Origin: an uncultured Bacteroidales bacterium
GTDB taxonomy: Bacteria > Bacteroidota > Bacteroidia > Bacteroidales > WCHB1-69
Length of the DNA stretch: 64,000 bases
Assembly (NCBI GenBank): GCA_905233585.1
Contig: CAJOFD010000004.1
Location: forward strand, 14,374 to 78,373
Reading direction: 5' to 3'
In this document: piece after piece, positions 20,827 to 27,496 of the stretch
Numbering within the stretch: the first letter of the stretch is position 1
How the letters are laid out: each line of letters begins with the position of its first letter
Notes under the pieces: generated by a model
Told to the model about the DNA's origin: nothing
The model's database searches: none
The model's input: only the letters and a program-made list of their open reading frames with translations
Program-made: the position numbers and the translations under genes

Positions 20827-22956
20827 ATGGATATAGTAACAAAGATAGCCCAAAGGCTGAATTTACAGCAGCCTCTTGTTCAAAATGTGTTGGATTTGTT
20901 GGCGGAAGGTGCCACCGTTCCTTTTATCGCCCGATACCGCAAAGAGGCAACAGGCAGTATGAACGAAGTGCAGATAATGGCTGTCAGAGACCAATACAAA
21001 CAGTTGTTGGAATTGGAAAACAGACGGCTGTTTGTGCTCAACGCCATCAAAGAGCAGGAAAAACTGACACCACTGTTGCAAGAGCAGATAGAAAAAGCCG
21101 AAACCATGTCGGAGATAGAAGACCTGTATCTGCCCTACAAACCCAAACGCAAGACCAAAGCAACGATGGCAAAGGAAAAAGGCTTGGAACCTTTGGCCAA
21201 ATGGCTCTACAAACAATTGCCGCAACCGGTGGAGGCGTATGCCCGACAGTTTGTTGATGAACAAAAAGGAGTCTCTTCGGTGGAAGAAGCCTTGGCGGGA
21301 GCACGGGATATTGTCGCCGAATACATTGCCGAACATTTGCAGACAAGGGAAAAAATAAGACAACTGTTCATGCATAGCGGGGTGGTTGTCTCCAAGGTTG
21401 TCAAAGGCAAAGAAGCAGACGGCGATAAATACAGAATCTATTTTGACAACCAAGAACCTATAAAAAGAATCGTTTCGCACCGTATCTTGGCGATGTTCCG
21501 TGGAGAAGAGGAGGGTTATCTCAGGCTGAAGGTCGCCCCCGATGAGATTACTGCCTTGGAAACCATTGACGATATTCATCTCAAAGCCGACAACGAGGCG
21601 GCAGACCACATTGCCGATGCCATTGAAGATTGTTACAACCGTTTGCTGCAACCCCAAATGGAAACGGAAATGCGGCAGATGATGAAAGAAAAAGCCGACA
21701 AGGAGGCGATAGACATTTTTGCCAATAATGTCCGTCAGTTGCTGTTGGCTTCACCGTTGGGACAAAAGGTGGTGATGGCCATCGACCCGGGATTCAGAAC
21801 GGGCTGCAAGGTGGTGGTGCTGGACAAACACGGCAATCTGCTGGAAAATGACACCATCTATCCGCACCCGCCTCAAATAGATGTTCACCAAGCCAACGAT
21901 TGTTTGAAAAATTTAGCCAAAAAATATCACGTGGAAGCCGTTGCTATCGGCAACGGGACGGCAGGACAAGAGACGAAAAACTTTGTCCAACATGTAGATT
22001 TTGAACAAAAGCCGCTTGTGGTCATGGTGAACGAAAACGGTGCCTCGGTCTATTCGGCTTCGGAGGTGGCAAGAGAAGAGTTTCCCGATTACGATATTAC
22101 CGTTCGAGGGGCGGTGTCTATCGGCAGAAGACTGATGGACCCGCTGGCAGAATTGATAAAAATAGACCCCAAATCCATTGGTGTGGGGCAATATCAGCAT
22201 GATGTCAATCAAAAACAACTGCAAAACAGTCTGGCGGAGACGGTGTCATTGTGTGTAAACGCTGTGGGCGTAGAAGTAAATACCGCCAGCAAGGAGTTGC
22301 TGGCATACGTTTCGGGCATTGGTGCGGGCTTGGCAAAAAACATTGTCGAATACCGCAAGGCAAACGGGAGTTTTAAAACCAAAGCCGACTTGAAAAAAGT
22401 GAGCCGTTTCGGCGACAAAGCCTTTGAACAGTCCGCCGGATTCATCAGGATTGCAGACGCCAAGAACCCTTTGGACAGGAGTGCTGTCCACCCCGAAAGT
22501 TATGCCATCGTGGAAAAAATGGCACAACAAATGCACTGTTCCATTGAGGATATGGTACAAAACGAGACTATCCGCCGACAAATCCGTCTGGCCGATTTCG
22601 TTACCGACAAGGTGGGTATGCCTACCTTGAATGACATTATGAAAGAATTGGCGAAACCCGGACGCGACCCCAGAGAACAATTCGACTTGTTTGAATTCGA
22701 CCAAAACATAACGGATATATCCGATTTGCAAGTGGGCATGGTGCTCAAAGGGGTTGTGGTCAATATCACGGCATTCGGCTGTTTTGTGGATATAGGTGTC
22801 CATCAGGAGGGGCTGTTGCACGTGAGCCGTATGGGCAAGAAATTCGTCAAAGACCCCGGCAAGGTGGTTAAACTCAACCAGAAAATACGCGTAAGGGTAG
22901 AGGAGGTCGATGTGAGACGCAAACGTATCGCCCTTGCGATGGTGTTTGACCAATAG
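20827..22956 (+). CDS. tex: Tex-like RNA-binding transcription accessory protein (YqgF/HhH/S1 domains)
   Basis: VPFIARYRKE near the N-terminus, a YqgF-like region VMAIDPGFRTGCKVVVLD, HhH repeats, and a C-terminal S1 domain GMVLKGVVVNITAFGCFVDIG..EGLLHVS. Confidence 0.95.
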   Translation: MDIVTKIAQRLNLQQPLVQNVLDLLAEGATVPFIARYRKEATGSMNEVQIMAVRDQYKQLLELENRRLFVLNAIKEQEKLTPLLQEQIEKAETMSEIEDLYLPYKPKRKTKATMAKEKGLEPLAKWLYKQLPQPVEAYARQFVDEQKGVSSVEEALAGARDIVAEYIAEHLQTREKIRQLFMHSGVVVSKVVKGKEADGDKYRIYFDNQEPIKRIVSHRILAMFRGEEEGYLRLKVAPDEITALETIDDIHLKADNEAADHIADAIEDCYNRLLQPQMETEMRQMMKEKADKEAIDIFANNVRQLLLASPLGQKVVMAIDPGFRTGCKVVVLDKHGNLLENDTIYPHPPQIDVHQANDCLKNLAKKYHVEAVAIGNGTAGQETKNFVQHVDFEQKPLVVMVNENGASVYSASEVAREEFPDYDITVRGAVSIGRRLMDPLAELIKIDPKSIGVGQYQHDVNQKQLQNSLAETVSLCVNAVGVEVNTASKELLAYVSGIGAGLAKNIVEYRKANGSFKTKADLKKVSRFGDKAFEQSAGFIRIADAKNPLDRSAVHPESYAIVEKMAQQMHCSIEDMVQNETIRRQIRLADFVTDKVGMPTLNDIMKELAKPGRDPREQFDLFEFDQNITDISDLQVGMVLKGVVVNITAFGCFVDIGVHQEGLLHVSRMGKKFVKDPGKVVKLNQKIRVRVEEVDVRRKRIALAMVFDQ

Positions 22957-22958
22957 GC

Positions 22959-23264
22959 TTATTCTTCTATCCGTTCCAGCAAAAAACTCACAGGCCGGAA
23001 GCCGTCATTGCAACTAATCATCGCCGAGTGGGGGTTTTGCATCCAGCCGTCAAAGAAATTGCCGTTGCCTTTGGACAATTCTTCAACGAAGTAACGCATA
23101 CTTTCCCAAGCGCTGTCGCAGAGTCCTTCGGGTTGCCTGCCCTGATGGGCGATATAGACCATACCCTCGGCGATATCGCAGGCGTGGGCGATGGGATTTT
23201 CGTATCGGGCTTGCAGGTCGCTGTAATCGGCCTTGCGGATTACGGTGATTTTTACGTCGTACAT
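22959..23264 (-). CDS. Small conserved protein, TIGR04076-like
   Basis: 101 aa: MYDVKITVIRK...EGLCDSAW...ISCNDGFRPVSFLLERIEE. This matches my memory of the TIGR04076 family (KITV start, C..AW, C.DG.RPV.F.LERI). The upstream ORF-track extension to 23510 crosses repeats and has no support. Confidence 0.6.
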   Translation of the reverse strand: MYDVKITVIRKADYSDLQARYENPIAHACDIAEGMVYIAHQGRQPEGLCDSAWESMRYFVEELSKGNGNFFDGWMQNPHSAMISCNDGFRPVSFLLERIEE

Positions 23265-23282
23265 CTTGTTTGGTTTGGTTTG

Positions 23283-23290
23283 CAAAGGTA
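23283..23290 (-). promoter_or_regulatory. Bacteroidota -7 box TACCTTTG (minus strand)
   Basis: The reverse complement of CAAAGGTA is TACCTTTG, 19 nt upstream of the ATG at 23264. Confidence 0.5.
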
Positions 23291-23300
23291 ATAAAAAAAA

Positions 23301-23326
23301 TTGAGAGTTGAGAGGTGAGCGTTGGG
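23301..23326. repeat. TTGAGAR heptamer block, inverted relative to the blocks at 26723-26751 and 26826-26861
   Basis: TTGAGAGTTGAGAGGTGAGCGTTGGG matches the reverse complement of 26836-26861 (TTGAGAATTGAGAAATGAGAATTGAG) at 20/26 by hand alignment. All mismatches are G/C versus A. Confidence 0.6.
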
Positions 23327-23344
23327 AAAAAACCTCAGCCCCGA

Positions 23345-23367
23345 CCCCTCTCCACACTGGATAGGGG
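23345..23367. repeat. GC-rich stem-loop (CCCCTCTCC-acact-GGATAGGGG)
   Basis: 9-bp stem with one mismatch in an otherwise AT-rich spacer. It resembles the GGAGAGGGG/CCCCTCTCC hairpin repeats common in Bacteroidota and cyanobacterial intergenic DNA. Confidence 0.5.
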
Positions 23368-23535
23368 AGGATGTGAAAAATAATTTTGTTACCATATATT
23401 ATATTAATATAATGTAATAATAATTTTTTTGTATGGATAACCCCCTTTTTGATATTATACAACTTTCTTTGATGACCCCAAAGAAAGTATTGAAACCGTA
23501 TTTTTTTCATATTTATTCCATACGAATAAGAATAA

Positions 23536-23649
23536 CTCTCAATTGGCTTCGCCCATTTTGCATCGTGTCTCGGAGTAGTTTAGCCTTGTTAAAACAAGTT
23601 TAAGCTCTCCACTTGACATTGGCAAATTTATAAACACTCAATTCTCATT
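23536..23649 (+). repeat. ~110-nt intergenic repeat, copy A
   Basis: CTCTCAATTGGCTTCGCCCATTTTGCATCGTGTCTCGGAGTAGTTTA...AACAAGTTTAAGCTCTCC...ATTGGCAAA...CTCAATTCTCATT aligns by eye at roughly 85% with 26745-26835. Copy A carries an extra GCCTTGTTA that completes a CTTGTT/AACAAG hairpin. Confidence 0.7.
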
Positions 23650-23665
23650 AATTAATATAAGGTAT

Positions 23666-24016
23666 AAAAATTTTATTCCGCAAATATATTTTTCTATTAT
23701 TTTATACTTGCGGAATGTTCCGCAAATACCAAATTTTGTATTTTTTTGCTTGCGGGCGACCCGCAAATACTACTTTATATATTTTTGTACTTGCGGGCGA
23801 CCCGCAAATGGTACTTTTTATATTTTTGTACTTGCGGAGAGTTCCGCAAATACTACTTTATATATTTTTGTATTTGCGGGCGACCCGCAAATACTACTTT
23901 TTATATTTTTGTACTTGCGGAGAGTTCCGCAAATACTATTTTATATATTTTTGTACTTGCGGGCGACCCGCAAATCATATTTTTTATTTTTTTTATACTT
24001 TTATAAAATTCCGTAA
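23666..24016 (+). repeat. Tandem array of 41/42-bp units (7 intact plus 2 degenerate), each with a 7-bp-arm GC-rich palindrome and a TATTTTTG box
   Basis: Palindromes lie at 23708-25, 23750-66, 23791-807, 23832-49, 23874-90, 23915-32 and 23957-73. In-register degenerate units lie at 23666-83 and 23999-24016. The consensus unit is TTGCGG(G-CGA-C / A-GAGT-T)CCGCAAATACTACTTTATATATTTTTGTAC. Confidence 0.9.
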
Positions 24017-24037
24017 AGATTATATTAAAAAAAATTA

Positions 24038-24045
24038 TATCTTTG
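24038..24045 (+). promoter_or_regulatory. Bacteroidota -7 box TATCTTTG (promoter of the 24094 gene)
   Basis: TAnnTTTG 49 nt upstream of the ATG. The surrounding TTATATCTTTGCA is homologous to the spacer TTATATATTTTTGTA of the array units. Confidence 0.55.
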
Positions 24046-24093
24046 CAAAGTTAAAAAAATATAATTATTCACTAATTTAAAATTACTAAAAAA

Positions 24094-24957
24094 ATGTCAG
24101 AATTTACAAAATTTGATAAGACAAGACTTACAAATGCTTTACACGTAGAATTTATGTTTTTGTTCAAAGAAAAATTGTCCGCAACTGACCCAGCAGGCAA
24201 TGAGGAACTCGAAAATTTTTTTTCTGCTTTCAGTGAAGCATACGATGAAGAAAACCGTTGCTACAAAGTCTCTCAAGGTAGCGATTTGACACCAACTATC
24301 AACCAAATTGATGATGACAGAGACCATGTTTATTCCTGTTTTCGCAATATCGTCAATGCTTGGGCAAATAACAGTGTTCATGCAGAAGAACAAGCCTCTG
24401 CTTTGAAGCTTAGGAGTGTCATCAATCTTTACAAGATAGACAACAATCAACAAAAAGATGAGCAAACAAGCCGTATCCGCAATCTGATTGAAGATTTGCA
24501 GAATGCTGAAATGCAACCCCATCTTACCAAATTGCACCTTGAGGCACTTATGCTGACTTTAGAGGACAAGAATTTGGAGTTTGCGTCCCTAATTGAACAG
24601 CGCAATACCGAAAACGGTCTCAAACAGAAAGGTGCTTTACGTCAGGCAAGGCTCAATATTGACGCTATATACGATGAACTTTTGGATTATATGGAAGCAG
24701 CCGAACGTTTTACTCACGCGGTGGCTTACACCAATTTCATTGACAGCTGGAACAATACCATTAATTATTATGTGAATATACTCGACCGCAAATCGTATAA
24801 CTATTCAGATAATAATGATGACAATAACAATCAAGATGATAACAACGAAGACGAAACTGATGACCAAAACGGTAATGGCGGTACCACTTCAGTAGACAAT
24901 CAAATTGTTACTGATCTGGATAATGGAACCGTTGTTTTTGATGGAAGTAATCAATAA
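24094..24957 (+). CDS. Hypothetical protein with helical N-terminal body and Asp/Asn-rich C-terminal tail
   Basis: 287-aa ORF with its own -7 box and a strong terminator. The start (KTRLTNALHVEFMF...) and the RD/NL..DL pattern resemble a Bacteroidota-restricted uncharacterised family (possibly DUF6261, unverified). The tail reads NYSDNNDDNNNQDDNNEDETDDQNGNGG. Confidence 0.6.
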   Translation: MSEFTKFDKTRLTNALHVEFMFLFKEKLSATDPAGNEELENFFSAFSEAYDEENRCYKVSQGSDLTPTINQIDDDRDHVYSCFRNIVNAWANNSVHAEEQASALKLRSVINLYKIDNNQQKDEQTSRIRNLIEDLQNAEMQPHLTKLHLEALMLTLEDKNLEFASLIEQRNTENGLKQKGALRQARLNIDAIYDELLDYMEAAERFTHAVAYTNFIDSWNNTINYYVNILDRKSYNYSDNNDDNNNQDDNNEDETDDQNGNGGTTSVDNQIVTDLDNGTVVFDGSNQ

Positions 24958-24986
24958 GAGTTTATTCATAAATAATTTTATCTTTT

Positions 24987-25022
24987 TGTAGAGATACAAT
25001 TAATTGTGTCTCTACATTTTTT
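24987..25022 (+). terminator. Rho-independent terminator
   Basis: TGTAGAGATACAATT/AATTGTGTCTCTACA long palindromic stem followed by TTTTTT. Confidence 0.85.
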
Positions 25023-25049
25023 GAACTTGTATCTTTTTAAAAAAAGTAT

Positions 25050-25057
25050 TACCTTTG
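25050..25057 (+). promoter_or_regulatory. Bacteroidota -7 box TACCTTTG
   Basis: TAnnTTTG 15 nt upstream of the ATG at 25073. Confidence 0.55.
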
Positions 25058-25072
25058 CAAAATAAAATAAAC

Positions 25073-26314
25073 ATGATTATGAACTCATTTAAAACATTTT
25101 TTACCATGAAAAGACTATTTTTATTATTAATGATGTTCGTGTTGTGCCGCGCAAATGCCCAAACAGCCATATACACGATAAAACACGACGGAATAGACAG
25201 AGAATATGTGCTGTTTGTCCCTCAAAACTACAACAATACTCCCACACCGCTGATGTTTGTGCTGCATGGCATGAACCAAGATATCAGAAGTTGGTGCAAT
25301 ATGTTCGATTTTCAAACATTAGCCGACAGCTCCAATTTTATCATTGTCTTACCGCAAGCGATGGAAGACAGCGCCACCTTTCCGATGGTCGGTGTCTATC
25401 ATTTGGGACCCGTTTGGAATACAGGGATAAGCATTGATACAAGTATTTTTTCCTTTCCGATAAAATTTACACCCGGTGAACATACCGATGATGTCGGTTT
25501 CCTCTTTAACTTGGTCGATACGATAAAAGCAGGCTTCAACATAGACAACAGGAAGGTTTGTTTTGCAGGATTTTCTTTAGGTGCGTTTATGTGCCAACGT
25601 CTTGCGATGGAACAAACATCCAAAACCATCAGTTATATAGCCTCTGTCAGCGGAACGTTAGCCAAATCGTTCAATAATCAGACCCCTCATGTGCCTGTTT
25701 CTGTCCTGCACATACACGGAACGGCAGATGAAATTGTAAACTACAATACCGGAAATCTCACTTTTACCTATAATAATTTTAACTTGGATGTCTCTGTGGG
25801 CTTGTCGGCACCCAATCTCGTCAATTTTTGGGTTGTCAACGACTATTGCGGACGTACCCCAAAACAATCAAGCTATCCAAACACTTGTGAGGATGGTATA
25901 ACTTTTGAACGCTACGACTATTCCAATGGCAGCAGCGGCAACAAAGTTTCGTTTATCGTCGCCAACCAAGGACAACACGCTTGGTACGAAAAACCGGACA
26001 ACGATATAGACTATTTTGAGGAAATATTTGCCTTTATCAACGATAGCGGTATGCCAACTGCTATCTCCGAAGCGGCGCAAGAAGATATTTTTGTCTATCC
26101 CAATCCCGTCAGAGACAAAATATATGTCCACGGCGACAATATCGATAAGGTTGAATTGTTCAACAGCCTCGGTCAATGCCAACAGCAGACCTCTGCAAGC
26201 GGACAAGACCTTATTTTGACAGACCTTCAGGCTTTGCCTGCAGGCATTTACCTGCTGAAAGTTACCTGTCGGAACGGAAAAATCATTACAAAGAAAATAT
26301 CGCTGACAAAATAA
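25073..26314 (+). CDS. Secreted alpha/beta-hydrolase esterase (PHB-depolymerase/LpqC-like family) with T9SS C-terminal sorting domain
   Basis: Signal peptide MKRLFLLLMMFVLCRANAQ (alternative start 25106). LMFVLHGMNQD, nucleophile elbow GFSLGAFM, HIHGTADEIV. C-terminal IFVYPNPVRDKIYVHG...LPAGIYLLKV...GKIITKKISL matches the T9SS CTD. Confidence 0.8.
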   Translation: MIMNSFKTFFTMKRLFLLLMMFVLCRANAQTAIYTIKHDGIDREYVLFVPQNYNNTPTPLMFVLHGMNQDIRSWCNMFDFQTLADSSNFIIVLPQAMEDSATFPMVGVYHLGPVWNTGISIDTSIFSFPIKFTPGEHTDDVGFLFNLVDTIKAGFNIDNRKVCFAGFSLGAFMCQRLAMEQTSKTISYIASVSGTLAKSFNNQTPHVPVSVLHIHGTADEIVNYNTGNLTFTYNNFNLDVSVGLSAPNLVNFWVVNDYCGRTPKQSSYPNTCEDGITFERYDYSNGSSGNKVSFIVANQGQHAWYEKPDNDIDYFEEIFAFINDSGMPTAISEAAQEDIFVYPNPVRDKIYVHGDNIDKVELFNSLGQCQQQTSASGQDLILTDLQALPAGIYLLKVTCRNGKIITKKISLTK

Positions 26315-26346
26315 TTCCTGCCTTTGTCAGTTCCGATATTAAATGT

Positions 26347-26378
26347 GGAGACGTCATACGTGCGTCTCCCTTTTTTTT
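26347..26378 (+). terminator. Rho-independent terminator
   Basis: GGAGACG-(9 nt)-CGTCTCC followed by CTTTTTTTT. Confidence 0.85.
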
Positions 26379-26383
26379 ATAAT

Positions 26384-26726
26384 TCATATTTCTAAATTCA
26401 TCAGCGTTCGTCCGATTTTATACAAAACTATCTTTGATAACACCAAGGATTGTTTTGCAAAGAAATGGTTTCGCAGTGAGCAACATTTTCTAAAAATGGG
26501 GAAGCGTCTCGCTAAAACTGCGACACCATTATTTGTTTCGTCGGCTGTATGGATTTGTATTGCGAATATTGTTTTTTCAAATCAAGTTAATATGGAACTT
26601 GTCCGCCCATTCTTTCATGCAGTTTTTATACGCTTCAAGTTTCACATTTTTGTACGGAAATATTTCTAAACCGCATTCTTTTTCTCTACGTTTTACATCA
26701 ATATGGAAAATTTTAATTCCCAATTC
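26384..26726 (-). pseudogene. Frameshifted remnant of an unidentified gene
   Basis: Two consecutive minus-strand open frames with no ATG start. Frame one, 26726-26577: ELGIKIFHIDVKRREKECGLEIFPYKNVKLEAYKNCMKEWADKFHINLI*. Frame two, 26563-26384: IQIHTADETNNGVAVLARRFPIFRK...MNLEI*. Both fall below the ORF-track cutoff. Confidence 0.35.
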
Positions 26727-26861
26727 TCAACTTTCAACACTCATTTCTCAATTGGCTACGCCCATTTTGCTTCATGTCTCGGAATAGTTTAAACAAGTTT
26801 AGCCTCTCCGCTCGCTATTGGCAAAATTCTCATTTCTCAATTCTCATTTCTCAATTCTCAA
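26719..26861 (+). repeat. ~110-nt intergenic repeat, copy B, flanked by TTCTCAA/TTTCTCAA heptamer runs
   Basis: ATTCTCAACTTTCAACACTCATTTCTCAATTGGCTACGCCCATTTTGCTTCATGTCTCGGAATAGTTTAAACAAGTTTAGCCTCTCC...ATTGGCAAAATTCTCATTTCTCAATTCTCATTTCTCAATTCTCAA. Confidence 0.7.
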
Positions 26862-26880
26862 TTGGCTCGTGTTTCGGGAA
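26857..26880 (+). repeat. Truncated third copy of the repeat 5' end
   Basis: CTCAATTGGCTCGTGTTTCGGGAA corresponds to CTCAATTGGCTACGCCCATTTTGCTTCATGTCTCGGAA with an internal deletion. Confidence 0.45.
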
Positions 26881-26898
26881 CAATATCATAAAAAAATA

Positions 26899-26906
26899 TA
26901 ATTTTG
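26899..26906 (+). promoter_or_regulatory. Bacteroidota -7 box TAATTTTG
   Basis: TAnnTTTG 29 nt upstream of the tag ATG at 26935. Confidence 0.5.
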
Positions 26907-26934
26907 CAGCAGTAATTTTTTGTATATCCACACA

Positions 26935-27480
26935 ATGAAAAGGTGCAAATGGTGTAATGAGAAAAACGACCTCTACGTCAAATATCATGATGAGGAGTGG
27001 GGCAAATTAAATCTTGATGAACAATATTTGTACGAAATGCTTTTGCTGGAATCTTTTCAGGCGGGGCTTTCGTGGGAGTGTGTCTTGAACAAAAGGGAGC
27101 ATTTCAGGCAGGCATACGATAATTTCGATATAGATAAAGTCTGCCGTTACGATGAACGGAAGATAAACGCCTTGCTGAACACCCCCGGCATTATCCGCAA
27201 CAAGCGCAAGGTGCGGGCGAGCGTGGACAACAGTATCATTTTTCGCCAGATTGCTCAGGAGTTCGGCTCTTTTGCCAACTATTTGCACACTTTCACCGAT
27301 GGTGCGATTGTCTATGAAACAGGTCTGACAACCAGCCGCCTCTCTGATGTCTTGTCAAAAGATTTGCAGCGGAGGGGTATGAAATTTGTGGGAAGTACGA
27401 TTGTCTATTCCTATCTGCAGGCAGTCGGAATTATCAATTCCCATGACAAAGATTGTGATTGGTTTGCCGCCAACGATTGA
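26935..27480 (+). CDS. tag: DNA-3-methyladenine glycosylase I
   Basis: RCKWC...YHDEEWG, LESFQAGLSW, IIRNKRK, and a C-terminal H.K.C zinc-ligand pattern. Confidence 0.9.
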   Translation: MKRCKWCNEKNDLYVKYHDEEWGKLNLDEQYLYEMLLLESFQAGLSWECVLNKREHFRQAYDNFDIDKVCRYDERKINALLNTPGIIRNKRKVRASVDNSIIFRQIAQEFGSFANYLHTFTDGAIVYETGLTTSRLSDVLSKDLQRRGMKFVGSTIVYSYLQAVGIINSHDKDCDWFAAND

Positions 27481-27496
27481 GTTTTTGGCAGCCGTG

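Noticed and set aside
18531-22953. Long antisense ORFs lie opposite the DUF748 gene and tex (197, 202, 131, 136, 264 and 235 aa).
   Set aside because: They lie fully inside well-supported sense genes and have no recognisable motifs. They are the expected by-product of the higher-GC, stop-poor antisense frames in this block.
23666-24016. The tandem palindromic repeats could be a CRISPR array.
   Set aside because: The inter-palindrome 'spacers' are themselves conserved (ATACTACTTTATATATTTTTGTAC in every unit). The unit length is 41-42 bp in total. No cas genes or leader are present. This is a direct-repeat array, not repeat-spacer architecture.
23708-24080. Three overlapping plus-strand ORFs (102, 121 and 86 aa) lie across the array.
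   Set aside because: All three forward frames are open only because the repeated unit happens to lack TAA, TAG and TGA. The products are repetitive translations of the same unit (YFCTCGRPAN...). They lie upstream of the real -7 box at 24038.
26343-26787. Plus-strand ORFs of 108 and 84 aa lie after the esterase gene.
   Set aside because: They start inside or just after a strong terminator and run through repeat copy B. Their composition is typical of random AT-rich frames (F, I, K-rich) with no motifs.
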